Shown: positions 1 through 12,637 of the stretch, in pieces
Layout: each line of letters starts with the position of its first letter
Position numbering within the stretch: position 1 is the first letter of the stretch
Assembly: GCA_024137785.1 (NCBI GenBank)
Contig: JAHRHZ010000012.1
Location: 51,174,104-51,238,103, forward strand
From: Ginglymostoma cirratum
Lineage: Eukaryota
Direction of reading: 5' to 3'
Length of the DNA: 64,000 bases
Translations under genes and position numbers: made by a program
Notes under the pieces: generated by a model
Database searches by the model: none
What the model saw: the letters and a program-made list of their open reading frames with translations, nothing else
What the model was told of the DNA's origin: nothing

Positions 1-335
1 CAAGCATTTTGAGGATAGTTACCTTAATTCTGTAAGTTCCAATGCCATTATGGAAAGGGATAAGGATTGTGAATAAATTAAGTAGCTAAATTGGAGGACA
101 GCCAATTTCAATATCATTGGAAAGATCTGGCAAACACAGACTGGAAGCAGTTACTCGCAGGTAAGTCTACATTTGGAAAGTGGGAGTCTTTTAAAAGTAG
201 TACAGTGAGAATTCAGGGCCAGCATGTTCCTGTAAGAATGAAGGGCAAGGGCGGCAAGTCCAGGGAACCCTGGATGGCAAAGGATATTGACAGTTTGATA
301 AAGAAAAAGAAGGAAGCATGTTATGCTGCACAGGA
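1..335 (+). mobile_element. CR1-type LINE fragment (ORF2, region between endonuclease and RT)
   Basis: ORF 91..339 reads DLANTDWKQLLAGKSTFGKWESFK...QHVPVRMKGKGGKSREPWMAKDIDSLIKKKKEA, the typical CR1 ORF2 linker pattern (DW..L, W..FK, VP, PWM..I...IKKK). Confidence 0.8.
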
Positions 336-339
336 ATGA

Positions 340-730
340 TGAGTGAAGCTAAGGCTTGAACTTGAAGATCCCAGCTCTTAAAAGTCAGCTATGGAACAGT
401 TAGGAGTTGGTGCCAAGGAAAGGGAGAGCCTTCAAGAATTTGATAAGTAACCAAAGAATTTCTGACACAAGCCATAACTAACAAATAAACTTTGAGTTGT
501 GGATTTTAGTTTAATATTTCTGTTGTTGTGTTTAATTGTGCATTTCACTATAAAAGTAAAAGTAATTACTTAAGATAATCTTAAAATAATACTTGCTTTT
601 ACAAATTTTTTATACAGTAATGCATGTTTCTATTTAAAATATGAAATCTTGGGGAGTAATTTCTCCTGGTTGATAAGTGGGTGTTCAAGTTTCTATTTAA
701 ACTTTAATGGCCTCTAGGGGGATCATAACG
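340..730 (+). mobile_element. probable degraded LTR fragment (3' end)
   Basis: Ends ...ggggatcataac, resembling the -TAACA terminus of LTRs; T-rich U5-like body. Family assignment from recall only. Confidence 0.35.
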
Positions 731-898
731 GAATCTGCAAGTAACTTGGCACTGGGTTCAAAAAGACTACAATTCTACAGAGTGGTGTTAACATATAAAG
801 GCAACATGGAGATTTCATTCATGTTTATGAGTTGAACGGGAGTGGGGTGATTATCAGTTGCCTACTAAGTAATATTTAATCATTGATTTTAGCTCATT

Positions 899-1010
899 TG
901 TTACAGCGAGACCTTTTAAACAGCAAATATTCTTGTGTGATAATTTGAGTTGGTCACTGGGAATTCAAAGCTAATTTTAAAAATTACGAGTCTCTACAGG
1001 CTTCGCAACA
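899..1010. mobile_element. short TG...CA-bounded element, possible internally deleted solo LTR
   Basis: Starts tgttacagcgagac and ends gtctctacaggcttcgcaaca (TGTT...AACA inverted termini). Confidence 0.3.
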
Positions 1011-1069
1011 AAAAGCATGGACAGCAGTATTCGGTGAAATCATATTTATACAGGGTAGATTTAGAAAAC

Positions 1070-1290
1070 CAGCCATCAATGTTTTGAAATAGCCTTTGCT
1101 ACCCATGAACTTGGCTCAAACTGCAGATGAGCTGAGGCTGCGGCAAAGATATTTAGGTGGAAATACTTGGTTTTCACAATGGCACAGACGTGTTCAGCCC
1201 ATCTCAGCAATCTTGATCCCAAGGTTTCTAACAGTCTGGTTCATCCTTAGACTATTGCTACAATGAGGGATGGAGCCCACAGCTGATGAT
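1070..1290 (-). mobile_element. L2-type LINE fragment
   Basis: Reverse strand has ccatccctcattg...tctaaggatgaaccagactgttagaaaccttgggatc (VRNLG motif downstream of the L2 RT). Confidence 0.55.
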
Positions 1291-1610
1291 ATGCACTTGG
1301 ATAAGTGTTGAAGAGTAGATGGTGTCTACCGATAACTTGGAAAGAGACAGGGTTTAACAGAGGGAAGAGAGAAAAGGGAAAAGTTGATCATAATGAAGGC
1401 GAGTTGGATGATGATATACAGTGCAGAAAAAAGAGGTGGAATGAGAACACAGGAAATAGAATGAAGTAATCACTGTGGTATCTGAGTACCAGGTTCAAGG
1501 AAGAAACTATTGGCCCAATATGGCATTGGTTACTTTGGTGGGGATTCCGTTCCACTTGACCTTCCCAAAGCTAATTGTTGTCCATTTCATAGTCTCCCTT
1601 GGCTTTCAAA

Positions 1611-1743
1611 TAAAACAAAATACTGCTATGCTGGAAATCTAAATTAAAAAGAAGAAATATGGGAAAAACTCAGCAGGTCAGGCAGCATCTATTGGGAAAG
1701 AAAAAGAGTTAATTTTGAGTTCAATATGACTCTTCCTCAGAAT
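1611..1743 (-). mobile_element. Penelope-type terminal repeat with degenerate hammerhead motif
   Basis: Shares aaactcagcaggtc-ggcagcatct...gagttaa...gactcttc-tcagaa with copies at 4.5, 4.9, 12.9, 17.5 and 50.3 kb; minus strand CTGAGGA-AGAGTC-ATATT-GAACTC-AAAA. Confidence 0.7.
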
Positions 1744-2399
1744 GTTCACATAAATGGGATTTGTATATACTACACAGCCTTGGCGCTGGTTCAAGACATT
1801 TCCCAGGATCAGCTAATCCACAGTTTTCTTTAAGTAGCAGGATTCCAGCATTCACTGGAAATGTATACTGAGGCTATACTCAACTTTCTGGGACAAAGAA
1901 AGTCTGGCAAAACTGGCATGAATGACTAGGACAAGTTTGTTGTGTATGATTTATGGCTTAGGAATACAAAATGTTGAAGACTGCATTAGGTTCCAACTAA
2001 TCTGAAGATGTCATCCATTCAGGGGTGGGGAAAAAGTCCAGCTCAAGGTCCTGATGGGGTCAGACATGTGATCGCTGCCTTTCGATTGTTTTCATAATTA
2101 TTCTTAACAAGCCAATATAACTTGTACATACTGTCATCCTGGAAAAAAGCTACAGTTGTTCAGACAAGTGCCTCTTCTTGTTAAGACTTAATAGTGGTTC
2201 ATCTTCTACTAGTGTTAACCAGAGGTCCTCAAACCAGATTCAAAAGGAGTAGTGGTGGCAGAACTCTACCCTAACCATTCACTTGTAGTGGTTAGTTCTG
2301 AAACACATTTAACAGAACTTGCTATCAATCATTCAAAGTAAAAATGGTTTTTCCACAAGCTGCATTACACTTTTAAGTCAAAATGTCTTCATAACACCT

Positions 2400-2540
2400 A
2401 AAGGGTAACAGATGCTGGAAGCTCCACAATCTTTAAAACGGGAGCTTCAAATATCTGAACATTTAAGACAATGGGCGAAGTGATGGGAAGTGGGATTAGT
2501 ACAGATAGGTTGGCTTCTGTGCTGTATGACTCGATGACAT
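2400..2540 (+). mobile_element. CR1 LINE 3' end fragment
   Basis: Ends cttctgtgctgtatgactcgatgac, a CR1-type 3' tail. Confidence 0.55.
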
Positions 2541-3114
2541 TAATGAGGCAGAGCAGAGGCACAAAGGGTGAGAATCAGTTTGTTCAGGTACATGATGACC
2601 CTATGGCAGAAGTTCCCCACTCTAAGAACTGAGGGTCAGCCAACTGTTTGTTAAAGGATGTGTTTGAGGAAAAGATAATGAGTGCTGTGGGATTTGGATT
2701 TCACAGTAGCTTGGCCAACAACCTCTGGGGACAATAGTCTCAGTTTGATCAATGGAAATCATTTATGCAAGTTTATCTATTACATTATTGTCAGAAAGCA
2801 ACTGAACTGTACCAAAGAAAATTGACCCTTTAAATGTTAAAGCTTATGTTCCCTCCTCATTGAAACTAGACACCAAGAATAGAACACTGCCATGGAGCAA
2901 ATATCAAACATGCATGTCATGTAGCATACTCTTGTAGGAAACATACCTGCACTGGAACATTCCAGTTACCTCTGCTCACTAACATGGTATGGTAGTCAAG
3001 ACTTAATTCTTAAAATTGCAACTTTAATAAGATCTTTCCTCAGTGTTTTTCCATGTATGGTGATATTTCTTTATACTGGGGGGGAACCATTCCAGTTCCT
3101 TCCAAATATTTATT

Positions 3115-3325
3115 TTTTCCTTACTAATTCACAGGAGGTGGACTTTACTGCATGGGCAAGCATTTATTGGTGAACCAGCCTGTATTTTTGTGACAATCGT
3201 AATGGCTTCATGGTCATCAATATGCTTTTAATTCCAGTTTTTCAAAATTCAAATTCAAACATCAGTCACTGATGGGTCATCTGAGTTTGGTTTACTAGTC
3301 CAGTGACAATCCCACTACACCATCA
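3115..3325 (-). mobile_element. tRNA-derived SINE, degraded
   Basis: Reverse complement begins gatggtgtagtgggattgtcactggactagtaa (A-box-like), matching the + strand copy at 8553-8812. Confidence 0.7.
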
Positions 3326-4510
3326 ACTTCACTTTACTTAGTTTATTCCTTCATTATTCAGGTATTCCTTTACTTCAGCTAAAGAAGTTATTTTATTTTC
3401 CTTACCACCCACACCTGTTGGCAATGCAGTCTGTCATGACAGATTTGTAAAGTATGCAGGCTTTAAAACTTGAGTCATGAAGTTATGTTGACATTTTAGT
3501 CATTCCACTTGAACACTTGGGCTTTCAGCAAATAGTTTGTTAGCTGTAGGCTGTGGGCTATTAAAATGTTACACTGATGTTTGACAGTATCTGCATCACA
3601 AACCAATGTAGAAGGAACAAAAAGAAATGTGAAAACATACACTAAACAGCATGTGATTAGTCTCCATTCTTGCTAACACCTCCCTGGCCCCAGACCAATG
3701 AAATACTGATCTCTACAGATAACCTCAACCTTCAGTCCAGACTTCCTCAAACCAGAAGAAAGGTTTGGCACTGATACGTGCTGAGCAAGCTGCCATTAGC
3801 AGGGACTATAAAATGAACATGCTTCCTTGTTCCATTAATCTCCAAGATAATTGATTTTTCAGCAAACTACTACCTGCCCATCAGTGACTCTAGTCATTAA
3901 CACCTCTGCAGTGACTGAGTAGAGACTGTAGTTCCACACCGAGCCCAGATGGGCTAAAAATCCAGTGAAAGGGATAAAGTAATACTCAGCTGTCAGCAGC
4001 TTCATTCTGTTGCCATCACCATTCTACTCATAGCCTTGTGATTTAATCCAACACTGGACTCCATTTCCACTGAACAAATCACTTTAGTAGCACACAAAAC
4101 CACTTCAAAGTTGTTAAACACTCCCTGTTAACTTACAGGCTCTCAGTGCATTTTTTTTTAAAAAGGAACAGTCTGTTTCAGTTTGTCTCCACCTGTCTAG
4201 TGTACCATAGCTGTAAGCCCATGCATGCACAATTAGACTGAAGTGATGAGAACTTTAGAGGTGAATAAATCCCTGTGGTATAACAATGCATTCACCAGAA
4301 TATAAAATCCCACACTTTGTAAATCAATAACTATGAAGAAAGATATGCTGTTGGTGTCCTGTCTCCTTTCTGACCTTCTGAGGTGAACAATAGGTACATT
4401 TCTTTACTGCTCTCCATAAAGGATAGGGATTAAATTTCATTACAAAAAATGGCTATTATAAATAGAAGGAATTCCATCATTGGTGTGACAGGATAACCTA
4501 TTATTTCAAA

Positions 4511-4730
4511 GAAAAGAAGTGCACTGCAGATGCTGGAGATCTGAAATAAAAAGAGAAAGTGCTGAAGAAACTCAGCAGGTATGACATCAACTGTGGAGAA
4601 AACAAAGCTGATGTTTCAAGTCCAGTATGACTCTTTTTCAAGTTGCATCAAACTTGTAAGAATAAATTTGTTTCTCCCTTCATTGATGCTGTCATACCTG
4701 CTGAATTTCTCCAGTTTTTTTTATATTTCA
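4511..4730. mobile_element. self-palindromic Penelope-derived element
   Basis: Left arm gaagaaactcagcaggtatgacatcaa...ggagaaaac pairs with right arm gtttctcc...ttgatgctgtcatacctgctgaatttctcc; degenerate hammerhead on the minus strand at about 4607-4642. Confidence 0.75.
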
Positions 4731-4857
4731 ATTATTAACTCAGTTACTGTAGAACAGACTACAATCCACTGACAAGCCTACCATATCCCGTACTTTACCC
4801 TGTTCTGCATAGGTCATGTCCCTGAAAAGCATATTAAGTTAAGCTTTAAAGTAAATT

Positions 4858-5080
4858 AAAAAAAACTCAGCTGCTGATGATCTGAAACAAAAACGGAAAT
4901 TGCAAGAGAAATTCAGCAGGCCTGGCAACATCTCTGGAGAGAAAACAGAGTTAACATTTTGAGTCTGGGGTCTCTTCTCCAAAATGTTTATCAGTGTTCT
5001 GATGAAGAGTCACTAGACCTGAAACATTAACTTAACTTCTCTCCACAGGTGCTGAGTTTCTTCAGCAATTTCTGTTTACG
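4858..5080. mobile_element. self-palindromic Penelope-derived element with a hammerhead motif on each arm
   Basis: gaaattgcaagagaaattcagcagg...ggagagaaaacagagttaa pairs with ttaact...tctctccacaggtgctgagtttcttcagcaatttc. Confidence 0.8.
4995..5032 (+). ncRNA. minimal type I hammerhead ribozyme motif (stem III mutated)
   Basis: GTT-CTGATGA-AGAGTC-ACTA-GACCT-GAAA-CA-TT-AAC: both core boxes intact, stem II and stem I (GTT/AAC) can form, ACGT palindrome changed to ACAT. Confidence 0.6.
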
Positions 5081-5931
5081 TTTAAGTTCAGTTTTGATAG
5101 GGAAGATCTAAAAGGTACTGTTAAATGTTTTTTCACATATCAGCTGTGCATAACACAATGTTATCAGTATCATCAATATCAGTATTTCACATGGCTATCA
5201 CCTTGTTTACTGAAACTTTAGTGAGAACATGGCATTGATCATCATTATCAGCAAAAGCAAAAAGCTTGTTTTTTGTACCTGCAGGCCAAATACAAAATGA
5301 TAAATCAGTCCTGGCAAGCTTCAAGTTGTAACTCCAGACACTGAATATATATTAACAATCAATTAAATAATTATTTTAGCCTTCATGAGACCTTAAATTG
5401 CCTCTTTTGTTCCTGTTTTCATTTTGTAGCAGTTCCTGAAGATATGACTTCAAGTGGGAAAATCTTTTCATGTAGCAGTTAAAATTTGTCAAGACTATGT
5501 TAGCCAGTCATTGTAATCCTCAGATAAAACTTACAGCCATTCAAAATCTGACGGATTTTATCTGGGCAACATTATTGGTTTTGGCCATAAAGAAAGAACT
5601 GGGAAGCTTTGGAAACCACGATAAGAAACACTATACCCTGCAAGTAGGTCAGACAAAACTAAATGCTGTTGTTCCAATTGAAAATAATTAAACTATGAAT
5701 TGATCTATATGCTGTTGTTTAACACTGCCTTTCTGCCAATTACCTACTGTTTCCACAAACAGGTTTCATTGCTATTTTATGACCTTCTAATATTTAGTTC
5801 TATAACATGCACGGCATTCAAAAATGGACTTTCCAATTGCAGCAAGGGTGAGGACAAGGAATGAAAAGCATCCTTAAAGTACAGGGCAGGTTCTTCAGTC
5901 CTCATAATTAGAGTGAGCTGTGAAGGCTAAA

Positions 5932-6345
5932 GTTGGATTAGTAATACCCTCATCTCTGAACCAGCATGGTTATGGGTTCAAGTCCCACTCCAGGACCTCC
6001 AATGAAATATCTAGGTTGATATTCCACTGTAAGAAACTAAAAGAGTGCTGCACTGTTGGAGGAACTGACTTATGGTTGAAATGATAAACTGAGGACTTCT
6101 TTCACATACTAATTTCAAATAAAGGGCAGTTGTACTTGGTGCCCTGGTCAAAATTTATCCCTTGTCTAAAATCATAAAAATAGATTACCTGGTCATCAAT
6201 AGATTTCTGTTGGCAGGAGTTTCCTGTGTGCAAATCTACTGATGTTTTTGTGCACTAAGACAGTAACTATACTTCAAAAATGTATTTAACTAGGTGTAAA
6301 TTGATTTGCAAAGTTCCTCACTTGTGAAAGGCACTGTATAGAATC
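5932..6345 (+). mobile_element. Deu-domain tRNA-derived SINE (SacSINE1-like), near full length
   Basis: B-box gggttcaagtcccact, ataaactgagg, ggtgccctggtcaaaattt, L2-like tail actatacttcaaaa...gtgaaaggcactgtataga; collinear with 62121-62560. Confidence 0.75.
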
Positions 6346-7480
6346 GTAACAGCAGTGCAGAAGGTCCACTTGGCCTACCTGATCCTTCAAATGCAGCAAT
6401 GTCTCCTTCCTATTTGGACTGAGATTATACTTGTTGAACAAGTTCTCGGGAACTTGTTTAACAAGTATAGAGGGGAAATTCCTCCCCTCTAATATTATCC
6501 CAACTGATATTGGAGCAATTAAACTTCCACACCTTACCACTCCATAGTCCTTGCACTCTCTACAATGTTCCTGCAAATATACTTTCCAGCATCTTCTTCA
6601 GTACAATTTACTCCTCAGTCACATGACCACACTTTCTGTTCTTTCTCCACTCTTCCGTGCTCCGCTACAGCAACACCAGCCTCCCCCTCCTCCCCTTAAG
6701 GATATCGTTCTTTCCAGCATTGTATGGTCTTCTCAAATCAGTAGTGTCATTTACTAGACATTTTCCTTTCCTTATCATTTCTGCTTCACACTTTGCATCC
6801 TTGGAGTATCCTGTCTACACTATTTTTAAACTACAGTTCCATTATTGCCATCAGAGCATATTCCCACATGGCTATTTAAGCTTGTAGTTCACCAGCCTCA
6901 CTCATCACACTTCGTTTTTATATATATGCGTGTTAATAGTCCTCGTAGACCTTCTTGGTCCACTCTGATGTAATATGGTATGACTTCTTTCTCTAGTTCT
7001 AGTTCTCACTCCATTATGCATTTCATTTCTCTTTTTTACTTCCATTTGTTGGATCCCTTTTCCCTGCCAATTTGTCCAAAAAAACCCTCTCCAAACACAT
7101 TCTTAAACTTTCATGAGGACATCGGTCCCAAAGCTACTGAAGTACAACCGTTTCAATTTGAAGTAATGCCTCCTGCCCAAAAATAGGGACACAATGCCCC
7201 AAATAATCTGAAGCTTTGCCTCTGTACCATGCCTCAAACCACATATTGATTATTCCCCTCCTTTTATCCTTATTATCACAACTACATGGCATAGGGAGTA
7301 ATCAGGAGAAAACTACTTTGAAGTCCTTTGTTTCAGCATCCTCCCTAGCTTCTGGAAATTTGACTGTTCAACCTCAATACATTCTTTCTCTCTCTCTCTC
7401 TTTCTCTCTGTTGATACTGATACATATTGCAAATTCTGGCTCATTTCATTCACCCTGCAGAACATTCCGCACCATCTCCA
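6340..7480 (-). mobile_element. fragmented CR1 LINE
   Basis: Reverse CR1 tail (gaatcgtaacagcagtgcagaagg...) followed by pyrimidine-rich decayed ORF2/ORF1-like sequence; no intact ORF. Confidence 0.55.
6426..6491. repeat. 44-bp near-perfect palindrome with abutting 9-bp hairpin
   Basis: TATACTTGTTGAACAAGTTC-TCGG-GAACTTGTTTAACAAGTATA (19 of 20 Watson-Crick pairs), then TAGAGGGGA-AATTCC-TCCCCTCTA. Confidence 0.95.
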
Positions 7481-7489
7481 CAATGTTTC

Positions 7490-7535
7490 AGAGGTAGTAG
7501 GAACTGCAGATGCTGGAGAATCTGAGATAACAAGG
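7490..7535 (-). mobile_element. Penelope-type terminal repeat fragment
   Basis: tagtaggaactgcagatgctggagaatctgagataacaaggt is identical to 21241-21282. Confidence 0.8.
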
Positions 7536-7839
7536 TTCCTTAGAAGAGGCTTCGCTGCAATGTGCTTTGATACCAGGGAGGCAGCACAGCGTAACAGGCT
7601 CACAATTTTAGTTATGTAAATGTTTGTTTGTCTACCTAATGATTGAATCACATAACTACTGCATTTCTGCTCTTTGTTGTTCCCCCGGGACCTGGGTTAG
7701 ACTGGTTTACAATAAATTTACATTCCTTTGAGGCAGAAAAACCCAACAGCAAGGGTGAGCCAGAGATGGTAAACAAGTTAAAGATTTCTTGAAATAAAAG
7801 AAACAGTCTGATCGGGTTGCCAAAAAAAGTATTAAGCCT

Positions 7840-9760
7840 GAGGTTTGGGAGTATTTTAGAATTCAAATTAGGACTAAGCAACTGGTAAATAAAGTGAAAA
7901 TAGAATACAAAAGTAGTAAACAAGAATATAAAAATGGACTGTGAAAATGTTAATGGGTAAATAAAAAGGAAGATTAACAATGAATAATTTTGGCCCATTG
8001 CAGACAGACAGAGATAGGAGATTTTCTAATGAGGGTGAAGTCAATGGCAGAGAAACTAAACAAATATTTTGTGTCTGTCCACACAAGACACAAAATATTT
8101 CACAGAAATACTAATGAGAATGAAGAAGCGAAATAAATTAGTATTATCAACAAAGTAGCTCTGGAGAAATTAACAGGATTGAAAGTTGATAAATCCACTG
8201 GACCTGATGATCTACATCTGGGAACGATGTGGCACCTTTCTTCTTTAAGAAGGGAGGGAGACATGATAACAGCATACATAAATACTGGCAGTTCAAGGTG
8301 GTACCAACATAGATTTATGGCAGAGAAAGCATGTACGACAAACCTGTTGGAAGTTTTTGAGGATACAACAAGTAGAATAGATAAGGGGGAACCAGTGGAT
8401 GTGCTGTATTTGAAGTTTCAGTAGGTTTTCAATTAGGTCTCACACTGAAGGCGAGTAAGCAAAGCTACAGTACATGGAATTGGGGATTATATGCCGGCAT
8501 GGATTGAGAATTGGCTAACAAACAGAAAAAAAAGTTGGAGTAAATGAGTTAGGAGAGTATTTGATGTAGTCGTAATGTCACTGGACTAGTAATTGCAAAT
8601 CCCAGGCTCATGCTCTTGGAAGATGGGTCTGAATCTCACCGTGGCAGATGGTAAAATTTGAATTCAATAAAAATCTGAAGTAAACAGCTAGCCTAATGGT
8701 GACCATATAATCAGTGTTGATTGCTGTAAACATTCTGAACTGCCTTCTGGCAAATAGGGATAGGGAACAAGTGCTGACCTAGACAACAGTGCATCTCATG
8801 AACAAATAAAAATTAATTCTCTGGCTGGCAGGCAGTGATTAGAAAGGAAGCTCAAGGAAAGTGCTTCAATTCTAACACTTCACAATCCGTATCAACAATT
8901 TGAATATGGGGATGAAATGTAACATTTTCTGTTGGATGATGACGTAGAACCAGGTTGGAATGGAGTTATGAGGAGACTACAAACAGGCTTCAAGGTGTTG
9001 TGGGTAGGCTAGGTGAGTAGGAAAGGACATAGCAAATGGAATGTTGAAAATGTTGAAAAATCTGAAGTTACCAACTTTGGTAAGAAAAACTGAAATGCAG
9101 AGTGTTTCTTAAATGTGAGGGATGGACAATTGTTGTTGTCCAGAGGACCTGGAAATCCTTGTACGCTGAAAGCTAGCATGCAGGTGCAGCAAACAATGAG
9201 AAAGACAAATGGTATGTTGGCCTCTAGTTAGAGTATGGGAGTAAATAAGCCTTGCTGTGATTGTGAAGCATCTTGGTGAGACCATGCCTGGAATATTGAT
9301 CATAGTTTTGGTCTTCTCTCTTAGGAAGGAAATACTTGATATACAGGAATGGCCAAGGTTCATCAGGCTAATCCCTGTGGTGGTGAGATTGTCCAGCAAA
9401 GAGGGATTGAGGAAATGGGATCTACATTCTGTAGAGTATAAGAATAAGAAGCGGTCTCATTGAAATTCTTATCAGGTTTGAACTCAGTCTCAGAATGAGT
9501 GGTAGGCCATTTAGGACTGAGATGAAGAGGAATTGCTTCGCTCAGAGGGTGGCATATCTTTGAGATTCTGTATCTGAGAGGACTGTAAACAATCAGCCAT
9601 CGAGTACATTTAAAACAGAGAATGACAGATTTCTAAATATTATAGACATCAAAGGATATGGGGATAATTTGAGGAAACAACACTGAGGTAGGAGATTAGG
9701 CACAATCTTACTGAATAGTACAGCAGGCTAGATGGACCAAACAGCCCACCTTTGCTCCAA
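7840..9760 (+). mobile_element. CR1 LINE, decayed ORF2 (RT) through 3' end
   Basis: LKVDKSTGPDDLH, CTTNLLEVFEDTTSRIDKGEPVDVLYLKFQ, LRKEIL..., followed by CR1 3' UTR; many stops and frameshifts. Confidence 0.9.
8553..8812 (+). mobile_element. tRNA-derived SINE nested in the CR1
   Basis: gatgtagtcgtaatgtcactggactagtaa...atgggtctgaatctcaccgtggcagatggtaaaatttgaattcaataa with an A-rich end; interrupts the RT sequence. Confidence 0.75.
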
Positions 9761-12637
9761 CGTAGCCCCTCAAAAAGTTGTCATTCTCAGCAGTCTTCAA
9801 AGCTGCCTAAAGATTTCAGCAATTGCTACCTTTGCCTATTCTTCACGATACCCTCACATCTAACTGCCTGTGGGTTACCCATCTCCAGGAATATATAATC
9901 CAGGAAACTCCCATCCTCCCTGATGCCCTGCAAAAATGTAAGTCTCTGTGTACCACATAGATCAGTTGGGAACCAGCAGAGGCAGTGGGTCACCCACCTG
10001 CCCTCCCTCATGGGAGAATAACCTGTGCCTCAGAACGATCATAGAAGAAAATGAAAAGTGAGAAACAAATGATCTCTCCTATCACTGACAGAATTTGCTC
10101 AAATAATTCAGATTAAAATATTAACATTTGTTTTCCCCTGTTCAGTTTCAAAACTGATTTGTTTAATGCCGGAAACGTGACGCCTGATCAGTATTAGCTA
10201 CAATACGTTACCAAATCTTGCAGTATGCTGAAACTGAATCAACACGAGTAAGTAAAGTCCTTAATCTTCAGTAATTGTGTCATTTCAGTTGTGGTAATTC
10301 AGTAACTCCCCAAACCCAGAAATCATCAGTAGCCACTATGTGAATACAACATTCAGCGTTAACAATGATCTTTGATATTTTTTAAGCTAAGTACCAAAGA
10401 CTCTCTCCTGCCACAAAAGTAAATAGAATGTGTAAACTAGCATCGCTGCTGTACCGCCAAAAGAAAATATTCAATAATCAATTGAAGTTAGCACATCTGT
10501 TAGCAGGAAGTGTTATTTGAAAAATTTCCCTCCACAACCCACATCGGCAAATAGTTTAGAGACTTGTACTTCAAAGGGGAATGAATATTTCCATAGGATT
10601 GTGCTTCAGATTCTTTATCACTTATGCCAAGACATCATAAAATAAGCAATTATATATAGAAATACGTGCAACATCTGTCACATCTACAGGCTATTTGTTG
10701 GATCCCACTGTATTATCAGTTATGTAGTCATCAAAGAGGTGGAAATAAAAGACTGTATATAACCAAAAACTTCTACAGACCATTCTGAGATGTTTTAGAC
10801 CACTTTTTAAAGATAAAAATAAACATGTTGAAGTATAAACACAATGCAAACTGAACTCTAATATCAATGTCACCTACCTCTGAGTTCCCACATTCAGAGC
10901 CAGACTTTGACCTTCCGGTTGGTGTTTGTCTAAGGTTTACTTTGGAAGGGCCAAGGCAAAGAGGAGAGGTTGCTCACTGGGACATCTCCAGTAATTACAT
11001 TCTGTCAAATGCTCCAAATTAGAGGAGGGAATGTGATATTAAGATCATGGGAAATTGAACAGCCTGCATCAAATTCATTTTTTATTGACCTGGAAATTTT
11101 TTGGCAATAATTAAAAAGCTGTAGAATAAAAATAACACTACTCTACACATGAAACAATGTAGAAGGAGATCGAGCAACACAGGCTATTGAGTTTCACTAG
11201 TTTTCTAGTGTTATTCTCGCAATCATCAGGTAATTAGTCAAATATTTTAATTTTACAGCTCAAACCAATTGTACTTTCTTTTTTATATACATTGGATTCA
11301 GAACATGACAGTAAAAGATTACAGTATATAATAAAGCAGAAAGTAAAACTAACAGGTTCTTCATTACAATTTATTCAGAAATTAGTGTCAATGCGCACTT
11401 TCAATTCCTTTGTTCAAGTAATTTAATAGAGCTCCCACACTATATGGAGTTGTACATTTGTTCGGAGTGCTGTTTGCTTCATTACTTTAAATATGCATGT
11501 TATATGATATTGAAGGTTAAATGTTTCCATATCTGGAGCTATGCATCTGGCGTGAGTTAGTTATATTCTCAAGGCTGATATTGTTTCACGTCAAGGTCAA
11601 TGCACTATATTGTTACATATCTAGATATTTTAACAGTAACATGAAAATGGGCTTTAGCTTCTCTATATTTATAAAAACAAACCTGTCTCTATTTTTTAAA
11701 ACTATAATTTAGCTCCATTATACAGACCTCTGTTCAGCAACCTACAACGAGTGTTTTCCACTGAGTTTTGTTACGCAATTAAATAAATTCCATTGGGGGA
11801 TTAGAATCAATTATCTTTCACAAAATATTTTCGGGTTCATTCAATTTTATAATCATGAGTATACTTTCTCTGACATAGTGTAAACGGTAATGATGTTAGA
11901 ATACCCCAACTTGGAGTTTGAATGAAGAAACTGCCATTGCGTTTGGGTTTATGAGGTTTGAGACTGGGCTTCAGAAACACAGGACTATTTAAGGACAATC
12001 AGAAATAGCTAATAATTGGATATCACTTTAAAGCTAGATATCTTTACATTCTTCTCCCATCCTAACTTAGACTCTTATCAAGTTGACAATAAAGGATACA
12101 CCAGCATCTTAACAGCTCCAGGAATTATGCAACTTGGTCAACCATTTATAACGGACACTTGAGTAATATCAGAAAGAATTTTTCTTTGATGATTGCATGG
12201 ACTGTATTTCCCAAGAATTTCCAAGCTGAAGAAACGGTAAGTTACGGGCTCCCAATCGTTGCAGAACCCTACCAAATAAATTACCTGAGAAATCAGCACA
12301 GATGGTTTTTAAAAGTGATGGCCTAAAATTATGTCATTGTCCCTTTTCTATCCTTTGTTTTGTTTGAGGATTCAAGACACAACTGACATCTTATTTCTGC
12401 CTCATGATAAATAATATTGATGGAAACAAAGCAATTCCTTAGACATGGAAAGTTTCTACATTGTGTACTTAATTCACTGAACAAAGAAAACAATAATCCA
12501 ATAATGTCATGAAGGCATGTTTGGGAGAGAACAATTCTGGTATATCATAACACTGTCAGTAATATCAACATTATGCAAGTACATCTTTATTGAGCCATGT
12601 GCAACATATAACGAGGTAGCAGACTAATAGTATCTGC

